IMG/VR virus record: IMGVR_UViG_3300005617_000382
Reading direction: 5' to 3' (one strand)
Length of the DNA stretch: 64,000 bases
Origin: an uncultured virus (IMG/VR IMGVR_UViG_3300005617_000382)
Taxonomy: Duplodnaviria > Heunggongvirae > Uroviricota > Caudoviricetes
Shown: positions 7,551-16,632 of the stretch, one piece after another
How positions within the stretch are numbered: the first letter of the stretch is position 1
Layout: every line of letters starts with the position of its first letter
Translations under genes and position numbers: made by a program
Notes under the pieces: generated by a model
Told to the model about the DNA's origin: nothing
The model's database searches: none
Seen by the model: only the letters and a program-made list of their open reading frames with translations

Positions 7551-10378
7551 CGACGAGTCCCCGAGTAGCTGCGCACGGCCGGTGCATTGCGACGCATCTG
7601 GTTCACGGTGATCTGCTCTCCCTCGCGACTGTCCATCGCAGCATGAATCTCAGCCCGATCGAACACGTTGACGATCTTCACGACGGTCCCGGACGATGCC
7701 GACGACGAACCTGCGAACGCGGTCCCCGCGGCCGGCATCGGGTAGACTCCCGGCCCGGTACGCGCGACCTGACCGGGCAGGGTAATCGGAGCGTTGACGC
7801 CCGGGATCAGGCCACCGCCACCGCCGGAGATCGCATTCACCCCGAGGTTGATGAGCCCGATCGCGAGCTGCCGCGCCGCGAGCCGCCCCAGGTCGATGAT
7901 CATCGCGTCGACCATCTTGCGCCAGCTGACCTCGCCGTCGAATGCCATTGTCACGAGCGCATCGGAGAGCTTGCCGACGTCGTCGACGAGCGTGTCGGCG
8001 ATCTGCTGACCGAAGGACTGCGCCTCGATCTTTGCCTTCAGGAAGGTCTGCTCGAGCGCACCGGCAAACGTCTTGCCGTCCGGTGCCGCCTGCAGGTACG
8101 CCGATCGGATCTGATCAACGGCCTGACCGTACTGCTGAGCGTTGATCCGGCCATCTCTGAACGCCGCGCTCGCCGCGCGGAGCCCATCTTCGTAGCGCTT
8201 CTGCGGGCCCTCGAATTGCTCGACGATCGAGGCGTAGCCCGCGAGGTTGTCCTTCGCGGCCTGGTAGCCATCCTTGGCCTGCTCGGTGAGCTGGTTCGCT
8301 CGCTCCTGCGAGATCGCGTGCAGCGCCAGCGCTCCATTGATCGCCTGGAGCGATTTTTCGTACTCGAGCTCCGCCCCGGCACCCTGGCCGGCGAGCTCGA
8401 ACTGACGCGCGTACGCCTCGTTGAGATCGCGTAGCGCCACCGCCTGCTTGCTGAGATCGGCGGGCTGGAGAGCAGCGGCCGATTCGGTGAGCGATTCTAC
8501 CGGACGAAGCGCCGCTTGCTCTCGAGCGGCAGCGGTGACGTAGACGCCGGACGCGCGGGGACCGATCGACACGCCGCGCATCGCTTGTTCCTGAGCAATG
8601 GTCTCATGACGCAGCTTGGCCATCGCGTCGTTGATGGCGTTCATCCGCGTGTTGTATTGCGCTGCTCCGATCCCGCCGCTCTCGAACGCTGCGTTCAGCG
8701 CGGCGACCGCTTCTGCGTTGTCGCGGATCGGATCGTTGAGCTCATGCCACAGCCTGATCGTCGCCGGTAAACGTCCGTCGTTGATGGTGGTCACGAGCTG
8801 CTCGTACTGCTTTCGATACTCGTCCGCGGTGATCTGACCTCGGACGTGCTCGGCTCGCAGGTTCTGCAACTGAATCCTCGCGTCCTCGATGGGCTGACGA
8901 ATCGATCGGAGCATCTTGATCTGTGCCCCGAACCCCACCTTGTCATCGCCCCATGGGTCGGAGAGGATTCCAGAGACGCGGCCGAGCTGGTCACCGTATC
9001 CCTTCAGGAGATCGATGGACGCCGAGATATACGCGGGTGCCTCCATCAGGTTCTTGACCAGCTTGTGAAAGATCGCATCACCGGCGCGGTCCGCCGCCTT
9101 GGCGATGCTCTCGGCCTTCTCCTGGAAGTCGACAGCGAGATCCGCCCACGACTTCCGAACGAGCTCCGGGTGTATCGTCTCGAGCGCCTTGCCGATGCTG
9201 CTCTCCCAGCCGTACCCCTTGCTCTTGAACATCTCGATCGTCTCGTTGAATTCGGCGCGCACCTGCGCACCTGTCCGCTTGATCTTCTCGAAGTTCTTGT
9301 CGACGGTGCCGTAGTCGGTGGCAAGAGCTGCCACTAGGTCATTGACGCTGATCTTTCCTTGCTGAACCAGATCGAGCAGCTCCTTTCGGGTTTTGCCGAA
9401 CTTATCGATCCACAGTTCCGCGATGTCCGGCACCTGCCGCATGATCGTGTTCAGTTCGCGCTGCTCGATCGTTCCACGGGCAGCCGCATAGGAGAGGCGC
9501 TCGACGAGACCACCTACGCTATCGAGCGATCGGCCGGCGACCTGTGACGCCTTGCCGAGCGTCTCCAGGATGCGGACCTGATCACGGTGCGAGAAGTTGA
9601 GCTCGTCGGTGCCGTCGCGAACCGTGTCGTACAGACCGATCGTCGTCCTGAAGTTCGAGTGCAGCTCGTGGGCAACGGCAATCTGCTCGTCGACCACTCG
9701 ATTCACATCGCGGGTTGCGTCGACAAACTTGATCGCTGCGTTGCTGACCTCGATCCAGACGTCATGTATGTCTTGGAACGCGTGCACCATTCCCTGAATC
9801 TTGTTGGCCCCCTCGGTGAGCGCATAGGTCGCGATGCCAATCCCAGCGAGCCCAGCGCTCACGGCGAGCGCGCGCTCCTTGAGGCCGGGCATCTCTGGAG
9901 CCGCTCCGGTTCCGATCGTCTGCGCGGCCTGCGCTGCACTGCTGGCCCGACGCGACGCGGTCAGCCGCTCCATCTCCGCCGTGAACTCCGCTGTCGTGAG
10001 CGCGCCGCGCTTGTGCGCCATGTCCAGCGCGACCAGATCGGCGTAGTACTCGCGAATCGGTCCGCGGATCCGCTCGACGACAGCCTGCTCACGCTCGATG
10101 GCTTCGCTCAGCTTCGCGAAGCCGCGAGCTGCTGGGTCCAGAGCCTGAGCCAACATGTCGTTGAGCGCGCGCTGTGCCGTCCTGAACTGGTCGGCCATCT
10201 TCTGGCCGATCGACTGAGTGCTCTTGGCGAAGCTCACCGCTCGTTCTGTCGCCTTGTCGAATTCGGCACGCAGCCGAGACGCCTCAGAGCTGGCACTGTC
10301 GAGGGCCGCTGGGATCTTGTCGATCTCCGTTGCCGCCTGCGATGCCCCGGGTGCCGTGATCTTGATCTCGAATGGCAT
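7547..10378 (-). CDS. Tail tape measure protein
   Basis: 943 aa, Ala-rich and helical; tape-measure-type N-terminal domain (LSYAAARGTIEQRELNTIMRQVP); follows the tail chaperones. Confidence 0.85.
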   Translation of the reverse strand: MPFEIKITAPGASQAATEIDKIPAALDSASSEASRLRAEFDKATERAVSFAKSTQSIGQKMADQFRTAQRALNDMLAQALDPAARGFAKLSEAIEREQAVVERIRGPIREYYADLVALDMAHKRGALTTAEFTAEMERLTASRRASSAAQAAQTIGTGAAPEMPGLKERALAVSAGLAGIGIATYALTEGANKIQGMVHAFQDIHDVWIEVSNAAIKFVDATRDVNRVVDEQIAVAHELHSNFRTTIGLYDTVRDGTDELNFSHRDQVRILETLGKASQVAGRSLDSVGGLVERLSYAAARGTIEQRELNTIMRQVPDIAELWIDKFGKTRKELLDLVQQGKISVNDLVAALATDYGTVDKNFEKIKRTGAQVRAEFNETIEMFKSKGYGWESSIGKALETIHPELVRKSWADLAVDFQEKAESIAKAADRAGDAIFHKLVKNLMEAPAYISASIDLLKGYGDQLGRVSGILSDPWGDDKVGFGAQIKMLRSIRQPIEDARIQLQNLRAEHVRGQITADEYRKQYEQLVTTINDGRLPATIRLWHELNDPIRDNAEAVAALNAAFESGGIGAAQYNTRMNAINDAMAKLRHETIAQEQAMRGVSIGPRASGVYVTAAAREQAALRPVESLTESAAALQPADLSKQAVALRDLNEAYARQFELAGQGAGAELEYEKSLQAINGALALHAISQERANQLTEQAKDGYQAAKDNLAGYASIVEQFEGPQKRYEDGLRAASAAFRDGRINAQQYGQAVDQIRSAYLQAAPDGKTFAGALEQTFLKAKIEAQSFGQQIADTLVDDVGKLSDALVTMAFDGEVSWRKMVDAMIIDLGRLAARQLAIGLINLGVNAISGGGGGLIPGVNAPITLPGQVARTGPGVYPMPAAGTAFAGSSSASSGTVVKIVNVFDRAEIHAAMDSREGEQITVNQMRRNAPAVRSYSGTRR

Positions 10379-10770
10379 CAGCGTGCTGCCTTTCTCTTGT
10401 CTTCGATCGCCCGCCGCGTCTGCTCGGACTCGGCCCGTTCGATGTCGAGCGTGCGGATCACGTGAACCACGATCATGGTCGCCTCGCGGTCCAGCTCGTT
10501 AAACTCACACCAGCGGACGATCTTGTCCCACGGTATCGGCCCGGTGGCCATGCCGATGCCGCGGGTCGTGGATAGATCGCCCCAGGCTTCGATGCAACGA
10601 GTGACCGCGAAGTCCCTGGCCGGCTCGGTCCGGCGGATCTCGGCGAGCTTGCCAGCAGCCTGCGCGCGCTCACCAGGTGATGCCTGCTTGCGGTCGATTG
10701 TCCGCTGAAAGGAACGGATGCTCGCGGCGTTGGCCTCGTTCCACTGCAGCCACGCCGCTACCCTTTTCCC
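10378..10770 (-). CDS. Tail assembly chaperone C-terminal extension (gpT-like), expressed by -1 frameshift
   Basis: The -1 frame after G-GGA-AAA is open to TGA at 10378-10380 and reads ...WGDLSTTRGIGMATGPIPWDKIVRWCEFNELDREATMIVVHVIRTLDIE...; not in the supplied ORF track. Confidence 0.75.
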   Translation of the reverse strand, partial: GKRVAAWLQWNEANAASIRSFQRTIDRKQASPGERAQAAGKLAEIRRTEPARDFAVTRCIEAWGDLSTTRGIGMATGPIPWDKIVRWCEFNELDREATMIVVHVIRTLDIERAESEQTRRAIEDKRKAAR

Positions 10771-11195
10771 AGAGCGACTGCGTCCCCCTGAGGTGCCGGG
10801 TCGAAGTTAGTCCGCGTGATGACGTAACCGACGACGCGGCGCCAGACGTCCGGGCGGTACTGGAGCAGCTCGGTGAGGAACCGCGCGACGGCCTCCGGTG
10901 TACACGGTGCCGAAGCACCGTCCTCGGCAACCTGTTCCCAGTCGGCCACGACCTGTGACTCGGCGATGGTCTCGATCGTGCGCGCGTTCGTGGCGTCCGG
11001 ATCGGGCGCGTCGGCGGTGGGCTCCTCGCGCTTCGCTACCGCGCGTCGGAACATAGCGTTTTCCCAGAGGCTGTTCCCGGTGCCGCAGTACCGGACGATC
11101 AGCGTGAGCGGCTTCGCTGGATCGATGCTGACTTCGGGGAGCTCGAGGCGCCGCGTGATGGCGCCGAGATCGAAACGCTGCAGGCCAAATCCCAT
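10758..11195 (-). CDS. Tail assembly chaperone (gpG-like)
   Basis: Between tail tube and tape measure; ends ...ALGKG at the slippery site. Confidence 0.75.
   Translation of the reverse strand: MGFGLQRFDLGAITRRLELPEVSIDPAKPLTLIVRYCGTGNSLWENAMFRRAVAKREEPTADAPDPDATNARTIETIAESQVVADWEQVAEDGASAPCTPEAVARFLTELLQYRPDVWRRVVGYVITRTNFDPAPQGDAVALGKG
10764..10770 (-). other. Programmed -1 ribosomal frameshift slippery site G GGA AAA
   Basis: CTG GGA AAA GGG TAG at the end of the chaperone gene; XXXYYYZ heptamer in the correct phase; lambda gpG/gpGT-like position. Confidence 0.8.
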
Positions 11196-11257
11196 GCGTC
11201 AGCGTCGCTGGCGGGAGGAGATGGGGCGAGATGAGGAGCCATGGTAGGATGGCTGTG

Positions 11258-11602
11258 ATGAGCATCGATCTGGATCGCATCGAGCGCGCCGCGCGGGCAG
11301 TGCTCGAGAGCGCGCCGACATTCGAGGAAAACGCCGCCCGCGCGCACGAGCTCGAGGTAGAGACGCCACCTGAAACCATCGTCGACTTGGTTGCCTTGGC
11401 GCGCTGGGCGCATACGTCGGGTACGGTCTCCGACGATGACGTGCGCGCGCTGCAGGCAATTCGCGTCGTTATCGCTGACGCCTTCGGACATCCAGCACGC
11501 GATGCGGCGATCGCGGCGATCGACAGGCTGGTGGCGTCGAGCGTCCGTCGCGAAGACGGTGCAGCAACTGGCACGGCTGCTCAGCGAGCCGCCGCCGACT
11601 AG
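11258..11602 (+). CDS. Hypothetical (Ead/Ea22-like N-terminus) moron gene
   Basis: Opposite strand inside the tail operon; 'IDLDRIERAA...PPETIVDLVALAR'; TAGGAT 7 nt upstream of ATG. Confidence 0.5.
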   Translation: MSIDLDRIERAARAVLESAPTFEENAARAHELEVETPPETIVDLVALARWAHTSGTVSDDDVRALQAIRVVIADAFGHPARDAAIAAIDRLVASSVRREDGAATGTAAQRAAAD

Positions 11603-11930
11603 CGGCCTGAGTGCGGCACCGCTGTGCCGTCGCTGCAGGAAAGGCACGCTAGTGCACGATTTCGCCTGCCGCGAAGATCGCTGTGCCAGTTGCGGCGTGC
11701 GGTACGCCTACAACTGCGGCGTTGACGGCGAGGAGCCGATCATGCAGGTCTGCTCGGTGTGTGACGGCATCATCGACAGTTGCGCTGGCTGGCTTCACAG
11801 CGTGAAGCGTGGCGCGCGGTACGAGCGCGTTCTGACGTGCTCGGCGCTCGGCTGCCGCAAGCGGGTTAGTCCACTGTGAGCACGTCCTGCACGCGCGTGC
11901 CGCGCTCGGACCGCTGCCCGCCGTCAGCCA

Positions 11931-13472
11931 TCAGCTCGTCGGCAGGAACGGGAACAGCGTCACGCCCAGCGTGATGTTCAGCGTCGCGTCCCGGAATCCC
12001 GCCGACTTCAGGTCCAGCGAGACCGGCCCGTTGCCCGGGAACTTCGGTGGCGCGTCGGTGCACTTCACGCTGGGTACGTCGAAGAAGATCCCACCGTCGG
12101 TGTTCCGCAAACCCACGCCGAGCTGCAGCGTGGTGTTCGCCGAGCACGCCAGGATCGCGTCGGGCTGCGTCAGGTACGCCATGATGTCGGCCGACACCTC
12201 GATCTTGCCAACCACGTCACGCGCGGTGCCGAGCGTGCCGATCTGCTTCTGCGGCGTGATGTGGTTCATCACCATCAGCTTCAGGTTGTCGATGTCGTTT
12301 GAGACCACGCTATCGTCGCTCTGCTTCGAGAGCTTGACGTACGGCGTTCCGGTGACCGTGTTGTAGCGGTCGATCGCGAGCAACCCGCCCGCCGTCGCGG
12401 CTCCGGCCGCCCGGCTCGTCGTTGGGTCGCCGATCGTCGTACCGATAAACGACAGATCGATCGTGACCAGGTTCTGCCCGGGGATGTTGATCGTCCACTG
12501 GTCGCATAGGTTCCCGGCGCTGTACACGTACTCATCGGTGGTTCCCGAGAGCAGCTTCGGATACGAGAGCTCCATGTGGAAGCTCTGCTCAAGGTAGTCG
12601 GCGCTGTCGAACGCGACGTTGCGCAGCCAGCGCCCCCAGTACAGATCGATCGTCTTGGTTGCGCCGTTGTCCGCGGCAGCAACCGTCCACTGTCGTCGAG
12701 TCAAGGGAATCTTCGTCGCGGTGATCGGGCCTTTGATCTTCGCGAACCCACGATACGCCGCGGTGGCAAACGCGAACGCCGAGCCGACCGTGCCGCCCAC
12801 CCAGATCCACTGTCCGACGGTGAGGCCCATCGTCGTGAAGTCGGCCACGGTCGAGATCAGGTCACCGGTGGCGTCGAGCTGGATGTCACCCGCGGCGCCG
12901 CGGAACCCCGCCACCTCGAGCGTCACCGTGTACGCACCCGCCGGCGTCTCGGCGACGCCACCCGCGACCGTGATGGACGTCGCGCCAGATGCCGCTCCGA
13001 CCACCTGCAGCGTGCCATTCGCCGTAGCGTTGGCGCCTGTCACCCAGCCGCGCGGCACAACGAGCGTCCCGGCCTGTAGTGCGCCCCCGGCGTTGACCGT
13101 GTAGGCCGTCGTGGTGCGCGCCGTGATCATCGGTGTCGACGCCTGATTCGTGAAGTACGCGACGCCGGTCCCGCCCGGGTGCTTGGCCAGCGCGAGGAGC
13201 AGCCCCTGGCCGATCTGGTCCATCAGATCCTTGGTCAGGTCGTGCGTCAGCTTCGGCGTCGCGTCCAGGTCGACGATGACCGGCGCCTCCATCTGACGGA
13301 ACTTCGAGAGCGGTGCCGGGGCGACCGTCTTGATGTGAGGGTAATACTCGCCGATCCCGTCGGGGTTCGGCTGGAGCGTCTGCCAGGCGACGGTCGGCTG
13401 CGTCCCGAGCGTAGTCTCTTTGGCGATCAGGAGCGTGACGGCTTCTGCCCGTTGGACGGGAAAACTCGACAT
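11931..13472 (-). CDS. Major tail (tube) protein
   Basis: 513 aa; N-terminal 'IAKETTLG', C-terminal 'FFDVPSVK...P.FPGNGPVSLDL' tail-tube pattern; synteny. Confidence 0.75.
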   Translation of the reverse strand: MSSFPVQRAEAVTLLIAKETTLGTQPTVAWQTLQPNPDGIGEYYPHIKTVAPAPLSKFRQMEAPVIVDLDATPKLTHDLTKDLMDQIGQGLLLALAKHPGGTGVAYFTNQASTPMITARTTTAYTVNAGGALQAGTLVVPRGWVTGANATANGTLQVVGAASGATSITVAGGVAETPAGAYTVTLEVAGFRGAAGDIQLDATGDLISTVADFTTMGLTVGQWIWVGGTVGSAFAFATAAYRGFAKIKGPITATKIPLTRRQWTVAAADNGATKTIDLYWGRWLRNVAFDSADYLEQSFHMELSYPKLLSGTTDEYVYSAGNLCDQWTINIPGQNLVTIDLSFIGTTIGDPTTSRAAGAATAGGLLAIDRYNTVTGTPYVKLSKQSDDSVVSNDIDNLKLMVMNHITPQKQIGTLGTARDVVGKIEVSADIMAYLTQPDAILACSANTTLQLGVGLRNTDGGIFFDVPSVKCTDAPPKFPGNGPVSLDLKSAGFRDATLNITLGVTLFPFLPTS

Positions 13473-13524
13473 GCCTCAGCGTCGGGCACGAGGCGCTCTG
13501 GGGCGATTCACCGGCGCGCGGCCG

Positions 13525-13950
13525 TCACTTCGTCTCAGTCCACCAGCACGGCACCCTGACCATCGACATCGACCACCGGCCGTCCTCGCCGATCGGCTGG
13601 GTATGACCCGCGAACGTGACGATCGGCTCCTCGCCGGCCACAGGAGACGGCAGGGCCACCATCTCCAGGATCACCCGGACCTTGTCGGCCAGCGCTGCCA
13701 GGCCCGCTGAGCCCGCGTTTGCGGGCCCCCACAGCTTCACGACAATCCAGCCGTCCCGGCGCGTACGGCGAATCCCAGCGCGCCCAAGGGTCATCTGGGC
13801 GCTGGTCGTGGGCGTGATCGCCAGGAGCACGAAGCTGTCGGCGGATGGGCGCGCCTCGTTTTCCAGCACCAGCGGAATCCCGGGCGCCGCCGTGGCCCAC
13901 GCGGCCACCATCGCTGCGCTGACGACCTCGCGCATCTGGGCCTCGGTCAT
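13525..13950 (-). CDS. Tail terminator-like protein
   Basis: 'LENE...RRDGWIVVKLWGPANAG...LADKV' pattern; position upstream of the tail tube. Confidence 0.6.
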   Translation of the reverse strand: MTEAQMREVVSAAMVAAWATAAPGIPLVLENEARPSADSFVLLAITPTTSAQMTLGRAGIRRTRRDGWIVVKLWGPANAGSAGLAALADKVRVILEMVALPSPVAGEEPIVTFAGHTQPIGEDGRWSMSMVRVPCWWTETK

Positions 13951-14120
13951 GGACGCCCCCCGCGCTGGCGTGCAGGAGCGGAGTCCAGAGCGCTGACATG
14001 CCACACCGCCATGGCCAGATTGAGCGCAGCCCAGCCGTAAGCATGCATCCACGCGTATGCCGCAGCGCAGCTCAGTTGCATCAGCGTCAGCGACAGGTCG
14101 ATCGCTAGCCGTGTCTTCAC
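13947..14120 (-). CDS. Small hydrophobic protein (57 aa)
   Basis: GTG overlaps the upstream stop and TGA overlaps the downstream ATG; MKTRLAIDLSLTLMQLSCAAAYAWMHAYGWAALNLAMAVWHV... Confidence 0.45.
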   Translation of the reverse strand: MKTRLAIDLSLTLMQLSCAAAYAWMHAYGWAALNLAMAVWHVSALDSAPARQRGGRP

Positions 14121-14593
14121 TCCTCACCTCCGAACGGCGAGTACGCGCCGGCCAGTCCGAACGCAGCCGCTGCACCGCGCTCGCTGACCAGACCTGAGGT
14201 CGTCACGTCGATCGTCACCCCGTCGTAGCGCGCCTGCACCGCGGCCACTGCGCGGTCCACCGCGGCGATGTCCCACCCTGGCGGCGCCTGATCGCTCGAA
14301 CCGCCGATGAGTGGTCCGATGTAGGGCACGTTGTTCGTCACGTGGATGTCGCCGTCGACGAGCGTGTAACCGAGCACCGCGGCCTGTCCGGCGATCTGCG
14401 CGGCGCCATCGTCGACGCCCTCGAATGGGACACCCAGCGACGGGACGAAATTCCGTCGCGCGTGACCCGTATCGACCGGACACGCCTCGATCAGTGCGGC
14501 CGTGATCTCCATCGTCAGCGACTTCGCGACCCCGGCCAGCTCGGCCCGGAGCCGAACCCCGATCGCGGCGGCTTGCGGGTCGCGGACGGCCAC
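14117..14593 (-). CDS. Neck protein, HK97 gp10-like
   Basis: 'CPVDTGHARRNF' and 'TNNVPYIGPL..GSS.QAP.GW'. Confidence 0.75.
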   Translation of the reverse strand: MAVRDPQAAAIGVRLRAELAGVAKSLTMEITAALIEACPVDTGHARRNFVPSLGVPFEGVDDGAAQIAGQAAVLGYTLVDGDIHVTNNVPYIGPLIGGSSDQAPPGWDIAAVDRAVAAVQARYDGVTIDVTTSGLVSERGAAAAFGLAGAYSPFGGEE

Positions 14594-14597
14594 CAGG

Positions 14598-14819
14598 TCA
14601 CCGGCGCGGCGGAGGCTGCTTGACAGAGGGCTTCGAATCGGTGGTCGGAGCCGGCGTCACGAAGTCGATCAGGTTGGCCAGCCACAGGCCGCGGAGCGAG
14701 AACTCGCTCAGCTTGAGCTCGCGGTGCGGAAACGGATCGCCGCGCTTGCACTGTACCCCGGCGTGGATGAAGTCCGTTGCGACCACGGCATCGAGCGCTG
14801 GCACGAACACGCGGCTCAT
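14598..14819 (-). CDS. Small hypothetical head-module protein
   Basis: ATGA overlap with the capsid stop; MSRVFVPALDAVVATDFIHAG... Confidence 0.5.
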   Translation of the reverse strand: MSRVFVPALDAVVATDFIHAGVQCKRGDPFPHRELKLSEFSLRGLWLANLIDFVTPAPTTDSKPSVKQPPPRR

Positions 14820-15862
14820 ACGTTCATGTTCCTCATCAGGCTTCCGAGGTCGGCGCTGATGAGCTTCATGTCGGTGGCCATCTCGATCTCGTAGCGCGTC
14901 GACTTGCGATCCTGGTTGTACCAGCTCGCGATCGTGTTGCCCTGCGAGCCGACGAGGCCGTCGGCGACCCAATTGAAGCTGTAGAGCGCGCTCGGGATGA
15001 GCAGGCCCGGGGTCGGCGGCACGTAGAGCAGGAGCACCTGGCCGGCCGTCGCCATGAACGCCATGGTGTCGGTCTGGCCTTCGTTCGAGGTCGTCTCGAC
15101 GCCGCGCGCGATCAGGACCTTCTCGATGCCGAGCCAGCCCGCGACCATGTTCGTGGTCACCTCGGCCGGACCGCCTGGCGTCTGGCCGTTGTTGACGCGA
15201 GAGATCACCGTCGGGTGCTCGGTGAAGATGTCCCACAGATCGCGCGAGAAGATGCAGATGTTCGGGATGTAGCCGGTGCGGGCCTCCATCGCGAAGATCC
15301 GGCTCTTGATCGCCTTGATGGGCTGCGCCGTCGCGTCGAGCCAGCCCAGCGTGTTCGCCGCAACCGTACCGCCGCCACCGCTGGTCGCGCCGACGAGGTC
15401 GGACGTCCAGACGCCGGCCTTGAAGTAGTTGCCGAGGAAGATCTTCTCTTTCCTGATCAGCGCCTTGTTCGTGCACAGCATGGTCGCGGCGCGGTCGACG
15501 TCGACAGCCTTCGCGTTGGCCCGGACCTGAGGACCGATGTCGGTGTGCCATGCCCAGACGTCGGCGAAGTAGCTCGCGGTATTGTCGACCGCGAAGCCAC
15601 CACCGGCACTCTCGGCGCCGTCGGTGCGCAGCTGCATATCGTCGCGGAAGAAGAAGCCACGCGGGTACTGTGTGTACTTCGCGCTCTGCTGCTCGACCTG
15701 GATGCCGGGCGCGACGAGCCCGGCGATCAGCGAGGACGGCTGCTGCATGAACGCGACGCTCATCTGCGTGAGCAGCGGCTGAACGTAGACGTCGGATTGT
15801 CCGGGCTGACCGAGCTTGCGGATCTGTGCCGCCAACGGGTCCCGGTGAGTGAAGTCGGTCAT
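14816..15862 (-). CDS. Major capsid protein
   Basis: 'YVQPLLTQMSVAF...IA..VAP', 'PNICIFSRDLW...HP.V'; position after decoration and scaffold genes; RBS AGGAG upstream. Confidence 0.85.
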   Translation of the reverse strand: MTDFTHRDPLAAQIRKLGQPGQSDVYVQPLLTQMSVAFMQQPSSLIAGLVAPGIQVEQQSAKYTQYPRGFFFRDDMQLRTDGAESAGGGFAVDNTASYFADVWAWHTDIGPQVRANAKAVDVDRAATMLCTNKALIRKEKIFLGNYFKAGVWTSDLVGATSGGGGTVAANTLGWLDATAQPIKAIKSRIFAMEARTGYIPNICIFSRDLWDIFTEHPTVISRVNNGQTPGGPAEVTTNMVAGWLGIEKVLIARGVETTSNEGQTDTMAFMATAGQVLLLYVPPTPGLLIPSALYSFNWVADGLVGSQGNTIASWYNQDRKSTRYEIEMATDMKLISADLGSLMRNMNV

Positions 15863-15894
15863 CTGCTGCTGCTCCTGGTGACGTGAGGTTGGGG

Positions 15895-16602
15895 CTACGA
15901 GAGCGACGAGCCGGTTCCGCCGAGTGCGCTGGTTGCGCGCCAAGCTGCTCCGTCCCAGATGAGATCGACGATGGTGCCGACCGCGGTGCCGAGAGCGAGC
16001 GTGGTCGCCGCTGCGCCCGCGAGCGTCTTGAACGTGCCGGTGATCGTACCGACCGGCGAGCTCGCCGCGACGTTCTGGACGATCCGCTTCGTCTGGCCGG
16101 TGCTGACGCCGTTGGCGAGAACGCCCGTGACAGTGCCGGTCGTGGACACGAACGTGACCGCGGTGAGGTTCGACGGAGCCGTGGTCCCGAGCACGATGGT
16201 GTCGAAGCCAGCGCCAGCGACCGCGTTACCGGCCGCGCCGGTCAGAACGCCTTCACCGATGTCGTTGAGTGCGCCGGCCTTGAGCGCCGTCGCGACCTGG
16301 AACCCCGAGGCAACATCGGCCGCCGATGCCGTGATGAACTTCCCGGCGCTCGTGACCTTGAGCGGATCCATGACGGCGACGGTCCCGCCGTACTTGAGCT
16401 TGAGCTTCCCGCGACCCACCGTCTCGATGCCGCAGGCGAACTGCCCACCGGTGCCGGCCGTGTACAACACGCCGATGATCGACGCGTTCGCCGCGGGCAG
16501 CGCGACGAGGCCCGCGGTTGTGACCGTGACGCCGCAGAACAGCGACGCGGACAGGTCCGAGCCTGCCGGCAGGGAGATCGGGTTTCGTTGCTCGGTCGAC
16601 AT
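15895..16602 (-). CDS. Capsid decoration/cement protein with C-terminal extension
   Basis: 'AGSDLS...IIGVL...GGTVAVMDPL.VTSAGK...ATALKAG' (DUF2190-like), immediately upstream of the capsid gene. Confidence 0.65.
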   Translation of the reverse strand: MSTEQRNPISLPAGSDLSASLFCGVTVTTAGLVALPAANASIIGVLYTAGTGGQFACGIETVGRGKLKLKYGGTVAVMDPLKVTSAGKFITASAADVASGFQVATALKAGALNDIGEGVLTGAAGNAVAGAGFDTIVLGTTAPSNLTAVTFVSTTGTVTGVLANGVSTGQTKRIVQNVAASSPVGTITGTFKTLAGAAATTLALGTAVGTIVDLIWDGAAWRATSALGGTGSSLS

Positions 16603-16632
16603 CGTCGTGTGCTCCTGGTGATCGTGGTGTGA

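Noticed and set aside
11391..11879. Cys-rich plus-strand ORF as a further RiPP precursor
   Set aside because: No RET...GG leader; the CxxC spacing suggests zinc binding, and the start is uncertain.
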